From NCBI GenBank assembly GCA_965279035.1, contig OZ257142.1, forward strand, positions 1,440,001-1,504,000: 64,000 nucleotides of DNA, given 5' to 3'. The notes under the pieces were generated by a model, which was given only the letters and a program-made list of their open reading frames with translations, was not told the origin of the DNA and ran no database searches. Source of the stretch: Bacteroidia bacterium. GTDB lineage: Bacteria > Bacteroidota > Bacteroidia > M30B66. Shown here piece after piece: positions 1-9,140 of this stretch. The translations under genes and the position numbers were made by a program. Position 1 is the first letter of the stretch, and each line of letters begins with the position of its first letter.

Positions 1-1488
1 AAGGTTTTCATTATTGGGTCCAGCCAAAGGATCGCCCGGCATAACCATTTCAACGTATCCAGGAATTAAAGGTGTTCCAGCAGCATGATAGTTCGGAAGG
101 TCAGGATCAGAACATTGTCCTTTTCCACACATCCAACGAATAATTGAAATTGGACGAGGAGAATCATACCAACCTTTGTTACTCCATGCTGTAATTGCCG
201 CATCATGCAATGCGCCTGATAAAGTAAAATACGATCGAATATTCCAATCCAAATCTGAAAGTTCTTCTCCTTGTCCTCCCCATTTTTGAACAAATTCTGG
301 ATGATCACTCACATAATTCAATATGGTAAACCAATGTCCAGGAGGTGTTTCTGAATTCGGACCATCAGCCCAAAACTCTGCTAGTACACGAGCATAATCG
401 CCACGACGAACAATGTTGGGAGCATAGGGTTGACCTGTTTTCGGATTCAAAGCTCGGCCAGTCCCAATATCGCCCCCATTGTAGTAATTATAAAAGTTTG
501 TACCCGTTGTGTAATTACTCGGATATGATTGAATATTACCAATAGCTCCGGGTGAAATATCGCGCATCACTTGATCTGCCGTATCGAGATGTGATTGCCA
601 AATACTCACCATTAGATATCCGGTTTTATAATCGGATGACATGCCTGCAAAATCGTTTGTATCTAATTGTGGTGGTGCTCCAGCATCGAGATATACATTG
701 TAATCGTGACCATTTCGGTTGTAAACTGTTTTGTTTCCATCGCTTAATGCAAATGGATGCACATTTCCCCATTCTGCTCCTAAAAAGGGAGGTGAAATAT
801 TATATACATTTCCATTTTGATCGATATACTGATCTAAAAATATCTGTTGCCAACGATTCGGATTCACCAAATTACTATCGCCCACATGATTCGCATAAAA
901 GGGCGGATTTACAGGTTGAAAATATTGGTTTGCATAATTTCCTTGTTGATTTGCTCCGTCAGTAAAACCATATGCTATATAACTTGATGCGATAAAATTT
1001 CCTAAAGCAGCAGGCGAACCAGTAGAATAGTCGATTGATGTATTAGTGATATCATAACCTAAGAAATTCATCAAGGTATCGAGCGGAGGTAATGTAATAG
1101 CTGCTCCAGGTGAATTCTGAAAACGAGCTCGAATCATACGATATGCTGCATAACTTACTGCTTCTTTTTGAGCTGCAACGCGATCAACTGGCTGTATAAT
1201 TCCATTGAACGGGCAGGTATATGAACCTACCGTTTTGCCTAATAAAAATGGTGTTGCGCTGGTGTCATAAACCGACCAAGCATCGTACATCGAAGCGGAA
1301 ATATGAAAGATGTTCCTGGCATGAATCGTAGGACGAGCAAAATCCTTACGAATGCATTGGAGCATGGCTTCATTCCAACGCCTTGCAACACTTTGCTGTG
1401 CTGAAATACTATTGGAAAAAGGGAGGAAACAGACAATGCAAAGAATTCGAATGACGGATTTTGAATTTTTGAAGTATATGTTCTTCAT
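1..1488 (-). CDS. Secreted vanadium-dependent haloperoxidase-like / PAP2-superfamily protein (3' end beyond window start)
   Basis: Not in the ORF track because no stop lies in the window. Manual translation from ATG at 1488: MKNIYF..signal peptide..AQQSVARRWNEAMLQCIRKDFARPTIHARN...AEFWADGPNSETPPGHW...LHDAAITAWSNKGWYDSPRP. K-x6-RP is motif 1 of VHPO/PAP2 enzymes. Confidence 0.8.
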   Translation of the reverse strand, partial: MKNIYFKNSKSVIRILCIVCFLPFSNSISAQQSVARRWNEAMLQCIRKDFARPTIHARNIFHISASMYDAWSVYDTSATPFLLGKTVGSYTCPFNGIIQPVDRVAAQKEAVSYAAYRMIRARFQNSPGAAITLPPLDTLMNFLGYDITNTSIDYSTGSPAALGNFIASSYIAYGFTDGANQQGNYANQYFQPVNPPFYANHVGDSNLVNPNRWQQIFLDQYIDQNGNVYNISPPFLGAEWGNVHPFALSDGNKTVYNRNGHDYNVYLDAGAPPQLDTNDFAGMSSDYKTGYLMVSIWQSHLDTADQVMRDISPGAIGNIQSYPSNYTTGTNFYNYYNGGDIGTGRALNPKTGQPYAPNIVRRGDYARVLAEFWADGPNSETPPGHWFTILNYVSDHPEFVQKWGGQGEELSDLDWNIRSYFTLSGALHDAAITAWSNKGWYDSPRPISIIRWMCGKGQCSDPDLPNYHAAGTPLIPGYVEMVMPGDPLAGPNNENL

Positions 1489-1628
1489 AGAGTAGCAGTT
1501 ATTTCTCAAGTATGAGAAAGATTGGGTGCGTAAATATTGGGGAGAATTCGATATCAAGCAAATTAAAATTCATAAAATCAATATTCTAGAAGCACTGGAT
1601 AAGAAAAATGTAAAAAATTATTTTTTGA

Positions 1629-1650
1629 TAAACAGTGTTTAGTATATTTG
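1629..1650 (+). promoter_or_regulatory. Putative TetR operator (TAAAC-N3-GTTTA) abutting a Bacteroidota -7 promoter box (TATATTTG)
   Basis: TAAACAGTGTTTA at 1629-1641 and TAnnTTTG at 1643-1650, ~30 nt before the tetR ATG. The palindrome recurs at 2313 and 2647. Confidence 0.7.
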
Positions 1651-1679
1651 CCTCGTTCATAAAATTCAATTTGATCACC

Positions 1680-2294
1680 ATGGGAATTTCAGAAAGGAAA
1701 GAGCGGGAGAAATTGGAAATGAGAGACTTGATTCTCCAAGCCGCCACCGAATTATTTGTGGAACGTGGGTATGACGACACCTCCATTCGCACAATTGCTG
1801 AGAAAATTGAATACAGTCCAGCAACGATTTACCTGTATTTCAAAGACAAACCAGAGTTGTTCCATGCTATGATGGATCATGCGTTTGCTAATTTGATTGA
1901 TAAATTTCGTCAAGTAGATTTACAAGCCGCTCCACTCGATCGCCTTCGTCAATTAGGAGAAGTATACATGAAGTTCGCACTTGAAAATCCTGCTTTGTAC
2001 GATCTCATGTTTATTATGCGCAAGCCAATGGATCATGTAGAATGTGCTGAGGATTTTGATTGCGGATTTCAAGCTTACAACTTTCTTCATCAAATCATGC
2101 TCGATTGCATGGAGCAGAATCTAGTCAATTTTACGGATGCTCATGTTGGCGCAATCACCGTTTGGAGCCATTTGCATGGATTAGTTGCTCTTCATCTTCG
2201 TGGTCGCTTTGTGATGATACCGGAAGAAATGCATGCTCCTTTAGTTCGTGCTTCATTCGAAAGCTTGCTTCACATTATTTTAAAACCACATTGA
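1680..2294 (+). CDS. TetR/AcrR family transcriptional regulator
   Basis: MGISERKEREK start; HTH 'SIRTIAEKIEYSPATIYLYFKDK'; WHG-like C-terminus (WSHLHGL). Confidence 0.93.
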   Translation: MGISERKEREKLEMRDLILQAATELFVERGYDDTSIRTIAEKIEYSPATIYLYFKDKPELFHAMMDHAFANLIDKFRQVDLQAAPLDRLRQLGEVYMKFALENPALYDLMFIMRKPMDHVECAEDFDCGFQAYNFLHQIMLDCMEQNLVNFTDAHVGAITVWSHLHGLVALHLRGRFVMIPEEMHAPLVRASFESLLHIILKPH

Positions 2295-2311
2295 GTTTTT
2301 TCACCCTTCTA

Positions 2312-2326
2312 CTAAACGCTGTTTAG
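2312..2326. promoter_or_regulatory. Second TetR operator-like palindrome
   Basis: CTAAACGCTGTTTAG, 3 nt upstream of the 2330 ATG. Confidence 0.65.
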
Positions 2327-2329
2327 CTT

Positions 2330-2632
2330 ATGCACGCCATATATCTTCATCCCAAGCCCATTCGCAATCACTTAAATTCCAATGAATCGATTGATCATCT
2401 TTCAGAAAAAATTCAAGGGCTAATTCGACGAAATTTTGCCCCTCAGTTAGGGCGAAATGCGTTGTTAAATAAGCAATTGTCGCTTAGGGATTTAGGGATT
2501 GAAAATGAATTTTGCACCTTATTAGGTTTCATCATCGAAAACCAATTCAACATCGTGTTTCCTACAAACCTAAATGCCGACACTAAACTCCTCGAGATCG
2601 AATCGAGCATTCAAGTTCTCTTTCAACGCTAA
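2330..2632 (+). CDS. Small hypothetical protein, degenerate acyl-carrier-protein-like
   Basis: 'LSLRDLGIENEFCTLLGFIIENQFNIVFP' aligns by eye with ACP 'DLGxDSL..ELVM.LEEEF.I.IP' but lacks the Ppant Ser. Lies in the operon between two operators. Confidence 0.5.
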   Translation: MHAIYLHPKPIRNHLNSNESIDHLSEKIQGLIRRNFAPQLGRNALLNKQLSLRDLGIENEFCTLLGFIIENQFNIVFPTNLNADTKLLEIESSIQVLFQR

Positions 2633-2646
2633 TTTTTGCCTTTCAC

Positions 2647-2659
2647 TAAACGTTGTTTA
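2647..2659. promoter_or_regulatory. Third TetR operator-like palindrome
   Basis: TAAACGTTGTTTA, 11 nt upstream of the TolC-family ATG. Confidence 0.65.
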
Positions 2660-2670
2660 TACTATAATCT

Positions 2671-4014
2671 ATGGTTAATATCAAGGCTTTCAGCTTCTTC
2701 TTCCTTCTCGGTGGAATAGCTATGGCTCAACCTTCAGTTATCGATCAACTCATTCAAACGGGTCTCGAAAGCAATCACAGTTTGAAGCAACACCAAATTC
2801 AACTCGATAAAGCCAACGCTGCTTTACATGAAGCCCGCGGACTTTTCTTGCCTTCCATAAGTTTTCAAGCCGATTACACCTATGCTCAAGGTGGACGGAA
2901 ACTTAATTTCCCCATTGGTGATCTCCTCAATCCAGTGTATGGAACGCTCAATCAACTCACCGCTTCCAATGCTTTTCCACAGGTGAATAATGTGGATATC
3001 CAATTTCTACCCAACAACTTTCACGATACACGTTTGCGTTCTTCTCTACCCATCGTAAACGCTGAAATCTGGTACTTAAATAAAATCAAGAAAGAAGCTA
3101 TTCAAGGCCAACAAGCCGAACTCATGGTATATAAGCGGAATGTGGTTCGTGACATCAAATCGGCCTACGCCAACTACCTGAAAACTCTACAAGCTATCTC
3201 TATTTATAAGTCTGGAGTTGAATTACTGGAGAAAAATCTCAAACTCACACAAGCACTGGTTCGTCAAGATAAGGCCTTGCCAGCTGCCGTTTATCAAGTG
3301 AAAGCGGAACTCAGCGCTACACAATCCAAACTCGAAAGCATGAATAACGATAGCCGAAATGCTGCAGCGTATCTCAATTTCTTGCTCAATCGTGATTTAG
3401 CTACCGAACTTCCTATCGATTCAACGTGGTTGAAAACGGCCGGTAATCAACCTGCTTTCAACTCCTTTGTCACCCAACGCGAAGAACTCCTGCAACTGCA
3501 ATCGGGATTGAAACAAACCGAATCGCTGCTCAACATGAAGAAAGCCTTTTATGTTCCAACAATAGGAACTTTTTTCGATGTCGGATATCAAGGATTTGGT
3601 TATAAGATGAATTCCGACCAACGCTACTATTTAGGTGGTTTTCAACTCAAATGGAACCTCTTTTCAGGCCGACAAAATACCTGGAAAGTCAAGCAAGCAA
3701 CTTCTGATGTTTTACTACTCAACGACCGTATTTCGGAAGCCGAAAGTCAGCTACGCTTGCAATTAACCACTTCCCAAAATGCACTTGCATCAGCACTCAA
3801 ACAACTCGAAAGCAGCAAGGAATCGCTCACGTTTGCCCGCGAAAGCTATCGACTAACTGCCATTCGTTACGAAAACGGACAAGCCATTCCACTCGAACTT
3901 ACTCAAGCTTTACAACAACTCACACAAGCTCAATTAACACTGGCCATTCAGCAATCGGAAGTGCGCATACGCGAAGCCGAACTCGAACGTGCTGCTGCCA
4001 GCTTCACCTTTTAA
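2671..4014 (+). CDS. TolC family outer membrane efflux protein
   Basis: Signal peptide, two OEP-type helical repeats, adjacent to MFP and RND genes. Confidence 0.9.
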   Translation: MVNIKAFSFFFLLGGIAMAQPSVIDQLIQTGLESNHSLKQHQIQLDKANAALHEARGLFLPSISFQADYTYAQGGRKLNFPIGDLLNPVYGTLNQLTASNAFPQVNNVDIQFLPNNFHDTRLRSSLPIVNAEIWYLNKIKKEAIQGQQAELMVYKRNVVRDIKSAYANYLKTLQAISIYKSGVELLEKNLKLTQALVRQDKALPAAVYQVKAELSATQSKLESMNNDSRNAAAYLNFLLNRDLATELPIDSTWLKTAGNQPAFNSFVTQREELLQLQSGLKQTESLLNMKKAFYVPTIGTFFDVGYQGFGYKMNSDQRYYLGGFQLKWNLFSGRQNTWKVKQATSDVLLLNDRISEAESQLRLQLTTSQNALASALKQLESSKESLTFARESYRLTAIRYENGQAIPLELTQALQQLTQAQLTLAIQQSEVRIREAELERAAASFTF

Positions 4015-4047
4015 TCGCCCCTTACCCAACCTCAAAATAGTTCAATC

Positions 4048-5103
4048 ATGCTTAGATATTTCCTTCCTCTCAGTTCCATCTTCATTGTGTTTTTTGCAGC
4101 CTGCTCCGCGAAATCGGAACCCGAAAAAGCCGAAAAAACAGCGGTCAATGTTGAGGTTCAAATCGTTCAATCGAGCTTATTAGCTGTTCCTGTTCAAGCA
4201 AGTGGAATTATTACTTCCGATGCTGAAGCACGATTATCCTTCAAAACTGGAGGACTCATCTCCAGAATGCTTGTAGAAGAAGGACAGCAAGTTCAAAAGG
4301 GACAACTTTTAGCCAGCCTGCAATTGACCGAGATCAATGCTCAGGTAAATCAAGCACAACAAGGACTCGATAAAGCCAAGCGCGATTTTAGTCGTGTAGA
4401 AGCTTTGCGTCGCGATAGTGCTGTAACACTCGAGCAATTCCAAAATGCGAAAACGGCTCTTTCTTTAGCGGAAGAAACGGTTCAGATTGCTCGTTTCAAT
4501 CAACAATATTCTTCCATAGTTTCACCTGTTTCTGGAAAAGTGATACGTAAGCTGATGAACGAAGGCGAACTAGCTGGTCCCGGTATGCCTGTTTACTTTA
4601 TCCAGTCAAATGCTCAAGCCGATTGGGTAGTGAAATTAGGCGTAGCCGATGTGGATTGGACTAGACTACAAGTAGGCGATTCCGCTTCAGTTTATGCAGA
4701 TGCTTTTCCGGGTGAAGTCATCCCTGCTATTGTGGATGAATTAGGTTTTGCTGCCGATCCTATGACTGGAACATTTCCTGTAAAACTTCGACTGGTAGCG
4801 GGAAACCGTTCATTAGCAAGTGGCATGGTGGCTAAAATGACCATTCATCCGCATGCGAAAGACGCACATCTCGTTTTGCCCATGCAGTGTTTATCGGAAG
4901 CACAAGAAGATCGCGCTTCAGTTTTTGTTTTGAGTAAGGACAGAAAAACAGTGAGTAGGGTAGAAGTGAAAATTCTTCAAATACTACCCGAAGGTGTTGT
5001 GGTGACTGGTGTTCCCGAAAATTCGAGCATTGTTACCAAAGGTGCAGCTTACCTGCATGATCAAAGTCAAGTGATTGTTTCATCCGCCTCAGCTAAAAAC
5101 TGA
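4048..5103 (+). CDS. RND efflux periplasmic adaptor (MFP) lipoprotein
   Basis: Lipobox FAAC; lipoyl motif 'GLISRMLVEEGQQVQKGQLLA'; 'SPVSGKV'. Confidence 0.92.
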   Translation: MLRYFLPLSSIFIVFFAACSAKSEPEKAEKTAVNVEVQIVQSSLLAVPVQASGIITSDAEARLSFKTGGLISRMLVEEGQQVQKGQLLASLQLTEINAQVNQAQQGLDKAKRDFSRVEALRRDSAVTLEQFQNAKTALSLAEETVQIARFNQQYSSIVSPVSGKVIRKLMNEGELAGPGMPVYFIQSNAQADWVVKLGVADVDWTRLQVGDSASVYADAFPGEVIPAIVDELGFAADPMTGTFPVKLRLVAGNRSLASGMVAKMTIHPHAKDAHLVLPMQCLSEAQEDRASVFVLSKDRKTVSRVEVKILQILPEGVVVTGVPENSSIVTKGAAYLHDQSQVIVSSASAKN

Positions 5104-5122
5104 TTAAACCTAATCTGAAGCG

Positions 5123-8100
5123 ATGAATATCTCCGAATTTTCCGTTAAGAATTACCAATTCACCATCGTCATTTCCTTGCTATTGCTAGGATTGGGCTTG
5201 TCGGCATTATTTACCATGCCACGGGGTGAAGATCCTCCATTCAATGCACCCTTGTATTTTATCATAGCTGTGTATCCCGGAACAAGTCCGAACGATATGG
5301 AGAAACTGGTTGCCGATCCTATCGAAGAGAAACTCAACGAGCTCAATGATATCAAACGTATCCGCTCAACCATAGATGATGGGTTGCTTGTGACGCAGGT
5401 TGAATTTACCTACGGTTCCGACATCGATAGTAAATACAATGAAGTCGTTCGAGAAGTGAATGGAATACGCGCCAATTTACCAGCCGACATGCTCAGTTTA
5501 GACATCCAAAAAGTGACCTCCTCGGATGTGAGCACATACCAGCTAGCATTGGTAAGCGAAACGGTTCCTTATCATATTATGCATGACAAAGCCGAAGCCT
5601 TGAAAAAGGATTTGGAAAAGATTAAAACCTTGAAAAAGGTCAAACTTCACGGGTTTCCGGAAGAAGAAATTCGGGTTCAGGTCGATTTGGAACGCATGGC
5701 ACAGCTGGGCATTCCGCTGAATCGGGTTTTGGGTGCAATTCAAACAGAAGCTTCTAATATTCCCGGTGGAAGTATTGATGCTAGTGCGCGAAAATTCAAC
5801 ATCAAAACCAGTGGAGATTATGGTTCCATTGAAGAAATTCGCAATACGGTCATTGCTACTTCGGGTGAGAAAATTGTCCATCTGCGCGATTTAGCTGAGG
5901 TGCAACTCGAAGAAGGCGATCAAGCATACCGTGCTCGGTTCAATGGAAAACGTGCTATGTTCATTTCCATCACAGAAAAGGAACATACCAACATCATCGA
6001 AACATACGGAAAGGTCATGCCCGTGCTGAATGCCTTTCAACAAAAACTCGATCCATCCATCAAACTCGAAAATGGATTTGTTCAAGCCGAAGATGTATCG
6101 AAACGCCTAACTGGATTTTCACGCGACATCACCATTGCGATTTTTCTTGTTTTGTTAACGCTGTTACCATTAGGAACGCGTGCATCCATTGTGGTAATGA
6201 TTAGCATTCCACTTTCCATCGCCATTGGATTAACTGCACTCAATCTCTTAGGTTATACAATCAATCAATTGAGCATTGTAGGTTTGGTTATCGCACTTGG
6301 TTTATTGGTGGATGATAGTATTGTGGTGGTCGAAAATATCGAACGATTTTTACGGAATGGTTACTCCCGGAAAGAAGCGGCTATTGCGGCAACCAAGCAA
6401 ATTTCACTAGCAGTTTTAGGATGTACTGCAACCTTAATTGTAGCATTTCTTCCAATTCTATTCTTGCCTGAAGGTTCTGGCGATTTCATCCGAAGCTTGC
6501 CTATGGCTGTAATCACAACCGTTCTAGCTTCTCTGCTGGTTTCCTTGACCATTGTACCTTTCCTTTCCAGTAAAATTTTGAAGCCACACGAAAATCCTAA
6601 GGGCAATATTTTTCTCCGCGGTTTACAGCGCTTGATTAGTGGCTCATATCGTGAATTATTAGTAAAAGCACTTAAGCGACCTATTCTTACTATTATTCTA
6701 GCCGTAGCAGTTTTTGTGGGAAGTGTGATGTTGTTCCCTGTGGTTGGATTTAGCTTATTTCCGAAATCCGAAAAACCCATGTTTTTGGTGAATGTCGAAA
6801 CACCTCTTGGAACCAACCTCGATGCGACCGATTCGGTTGCTCACGATGTGGAAAAAGAACTGCTTCAGGTGAAAGGTGTGAAAGCTGTTTTCGCCAATGT
6901 GGGTAAGGGAAATCCACGTGTGTATTACAATATTGCTGGCAAGAACGAATCAGCTAATACCGCTCAGTTTTTTGTCCGCATGGAAGAAATGACTCTTCCC
7001 GAAATTGAAGAACGAGTAGAAGCACTTCGGAATAAATTCACCGGCTACCCAGGCGCACGTATCGAAGTGAAGCAATTTGAACAAGGTCCGCCCATTGAAG
7101 CACCTGTGGCCATTCGTGTTTTTGGAGAAAACCTCGACACACTTCGCACATTGGCAGCACAGGTGGAAGCACGTATGAAGCAAACCGATGGAACCATCTA
7201 TACAAACAATCCGCTCGAAACCTACAAAACCGATATTCGTGTCAACATCAACCGCGACAAAGCATCGCTCTATGGTGTTCAAACATCCGAAATCGATCGC
7301 ACGGTGCGGATGGGAATTGCCGGATTGAAAGTAAGTTCATACAAAGATGCTTCTGGTGATGATTATGCGATTAATGTGACTTTATCTCATGATCGTACTC
7401 AAACCCTTGAGGTATTTAATAAGCTGCAAGTTTCTTCCTTAATAGGCAAACTCATTCCGCTCCGACAAATAGCAAGCTTGAGTTTTGAAACATCAGTTCC
7501 AACCATCAGTCACTACAATAAAAATCGGTATGTAACGGTGACTAGCTTTGTCAAGAAGGGTTTCAACACTATGAATGTGACAAACGATTTGCTCAAGAAA
7601 ATGGAAGGCATCAAACTACCCGAAGGATTTAGTTTTCAAGCTGCTGGTGAGGTAGAAAGTTCACAAGAAAGTTTTGGTGGATTAGGAACGATTATCCTCA
7701 TCACCATATTTGGTTTCTTAGCGATTTTGCTATTGGAATTCGGTACGTTTAAAAGTACGATGATTGTGCTTTCGGTTATTCCTTTGGGTATTATCGGAGC
7801 GGTGCTAATTCTCTTGCTTACCGGCAATACACTTTCGTTTGTTGCAGTTGTGGGGATGATTGCATTAGCTGGAATTGAGGTGAAAAATTCAATTCTGCTA
7901 GTCGACTACACCAACTATCTACGTGAACAAGGCATGGAACTCAACGAAGCCATCATGGAAGCAGGTGAAACACGGTTTCTTCCAATCATTTTAACTACAA
8001 TGACTGCCATTGGTGGGATGATTCCTTTGGTATTGGAAAATTCACCTTTGTATTCTCCATTAGCTTGGGTTTTAATTGGCGGATTGATAAGTTCTACAGT

Positions 8101-8182
8101 TCTAACACGATTGGTAACTCCTGTTGTATATAAACTTCTTGCTCCCAAAGTGGTCGTGAAAAATGAAGGATTGGTTGATTAA
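5123..8182 (+). CDS. RND efflux permease (AcrB/AcrD/AcrF family)
   Basis: 1019 aa; 'GLLVDDSIVVVENI'; 'KNSILLVD'; 'RFLPIILTT'. Confidence 0.95.
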   Translation: MNISEFSVKNYQFTIVISLLLLGLGLSALFTMPRGEDPPFNAPLYFIIAVYPGTSPNDMEKLVADPIEEKLNELNDIKRIRSTIDDGLLVTQVEFTYGSDIDSKYNEVVREVNGIRANLPADMLSLDIQKVTSSDVSTYQLALVSETVPYHIMHDKAEALKKDLEKIKTLKKVKLHGFPEEEIRVQVDLERMAQLGIPLNRVLGAIQTEASNIPGGSIDASARKFNIKTSGDYGSIEEIRNTVIATSGEKIVHLRDLAEVQLEEGDQAYRARFNGKRAMFISITEKEHTNIIETYGKVMPVLNAFQQKLDPSIKLENGFVQAEDVSKRLTGFSRDITIAIFLVLLTLLPLGTRASIVVMISIPLSIAIGLTALNLLGYTINQLSIVGLVIALGLLVDDSIVVVENIERFLRNGYSRKEAAIAATKQISLAVLGCTATLIVAFLPILFLPEGSGDFIRSLPMAVITTVLASLLVSLTIVPFLSSKILKPHENPKGNIFLRGLQRLISGSYRELLVKALKRPILTIILAVAVFVGSVMLFPVVGFSLFPKSEKPMFLVNVETPLGTNLDATDSVAHDVEKELLQVKGVKAVFANVGKGNPRVYYNIAGKNESANTAQFFVRMEEMTLPEIEERVEALRNKFTGYPGARIEVKQFEQGPPIEAPVAIRVFGENLDTLRTLAAQVEARMKQTDGTIYTNNPLETYKTDIRVNINRDKASLYGVQTSEIDRTVRMGIAGLKVSSYKDASGDDYAINVTLSHDRTQTLEVFNKLQVSSLIGKLIPLRQIASLSFETSVPTISHYNKNRYVTVTSFVKKGFNTMNVTNDLLKKMEGIKLPEGFSFQAAGEVESSQESFGGLGTIILITIFGFLAILLLEFGTFKSTMIVLSVIPLGIIGAVLILLLTGNTLSFVAVVGMIALAGIEVKNSILLVDYTNYLREQGMELNEAIMEAGETRFLPIILTTMTAIGGMIPLVLENSPLYSPLAWVLIGGLISSTVLTRLVTPVVYKLLAPKVVVKNEGLVD

Positions 8183-8211
8183 AATGGAAGAGTGTGGAGT
8201 TTAATTTGTGG

Positions 8212-8252
8212 AAAAATGGAGTTGAATAAAAATTTTCATTCCTCCATTTTTT
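8212..8252 (+). terminator. Probable intrinsic terminator of efflux operon
   Basis: AAAAATGGAG...CTCCATTTTTT hairpin followed by a T run. Confidence 0.55.
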
Positions 8253-8313
8253 CATGCAACTTGTTTCGGGTATGTAACGTTTCATACCTTACGCACATAA
8301 AAATAAACCGCCC

Positions 8314-8844
8314 ATGAATTGGTTCGAAACCGTTTTTGATCTTTTAAAATACACCATTCCACTCGTTGTTGTTTTTGGATTTATCTATTTTATCCTCAAC
8401 AATTACCTCGAAGAAAATTTCAAACTCCGTTCTCTCGACCTCAAGCTCACCAACCAAAATGCGATCACACCCGTTCGCATGCAAGCTTATGAGCGCATTG
8501 TCGTTTACCTCGAACGCATCACACCCAGCAACATGATTATGCGCATTCACAAAACCGGAATGAGTTCCCGTTTGCTGCATACTGAGTTACTTAAAACCGT
8601 TCGTAGCGAATACGATCATAATATCGCACAACAGATTTACATGTCGAATGCTTCTTGGGATTTGGTGAAAAGTGCCAAAGAAGAAATGATCAAGATTATC
8701 AACGCAGCTGCCCATAAAGTAGGCGAAAATGCCGATGGAGTTGAGTTAGCCAAAGTGCTTCTCGATATCACCATGAGCGTTGAAAAGCTCCCTACTCAAA
8801 TTGCGTTAGAATACGTGAAAAAGGAGATTCGTCAGTCGTTCTAA
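8314..8844 (+). CDS. Conserved Bacteroidota hypothetical membrane-anchored protein
   Basis: N-terminal TM; 'RMQAYERIVVYLERI...IRSEYDHNIAQQIYMS'-type motif familiar from Bacteroidota hypotheticals. Confidence 0.75.
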   Translation: MNWFETVFDLLKYTIPLVVVFGFIYFILNNYLEENFKLRSLDLKLTNQNAITPVRMQAYERIVVYLERITPSNMIMRIHKTGMSSRLLHTELLKTVRSEYDHNIAQQIYMSNASWDLVKSAKEEMIKIINAAAHKVGENADGVELAKVLLDITMSVEKLPTQIALEYVKKEIRQSF

Positions 8845-8862
8845 TAAACCAAACATCTAAGC

Positions 8863-8904
8863 AAATGCTGCATGAATAGATCACACTCTATTTATGCAGC
8901 ATTT
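8863..8904. terminator. Long hairpin downstream of CDS
   Basis: AAATGCTGCATGAATAGA-tcacac-TCTATTTATGCAGCATTT, an 18-bp near-perfect stem. Confidence 0.6.
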
Positions 8905-8910
8905 TCGTTA

Positions 8911-9044
8911 GACCTCACCCTAAATCCCTCTCCTCGAGGAGAGGGACTTTGAATTTCGTTAGAAAATAAAAAGCAGTTTATTTCAGCTTACTAGAATGTT
9001 TCTCCCCTTTCTCCCGAGGTGAAAGGGGCTGGGGGATTGAGGTC
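8911..9044. repeat. REP/REPIN-like inverted element (CCTCACCC...CCCTCTCC family)
   Basis: GACCTCACCCTAAATCCCTCTCCTCGAGGAGAGGGACT ... CTCCCCTTTCTCCCGAGGTGAAAGGGGCTGGGGGATTGAGGTC. Each half is a hairpin and the outer ends are inverted. Confidence 0.7.
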
Positions 9045-9050
9045 CACGGA

Positions 9051-9085
9051 TTATCGTTTATCGTTTATCGAATATCGTTCATCGA
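9051..9085. repeat. Heptamer tandem repeat (TTATCGT)x5, degenerate
   Basis: ttatcgt ttatcgt ttatcga atatcgt tcatcga. Confidence 0.75.
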
Positions 9086-9140
9086 TTTTCATTTTGTAGC
9101 CGCATTTTTAAAATTACCTTTCGCGCTTCAATCCCAGAAT

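Noticed and set aside
66-1436. Short ORFs 66-308, 345-545, 552-965 and 1239-1436
   Set aside because: Shadow or alternate-frame ORFs over the haloperoxidase-like gene.
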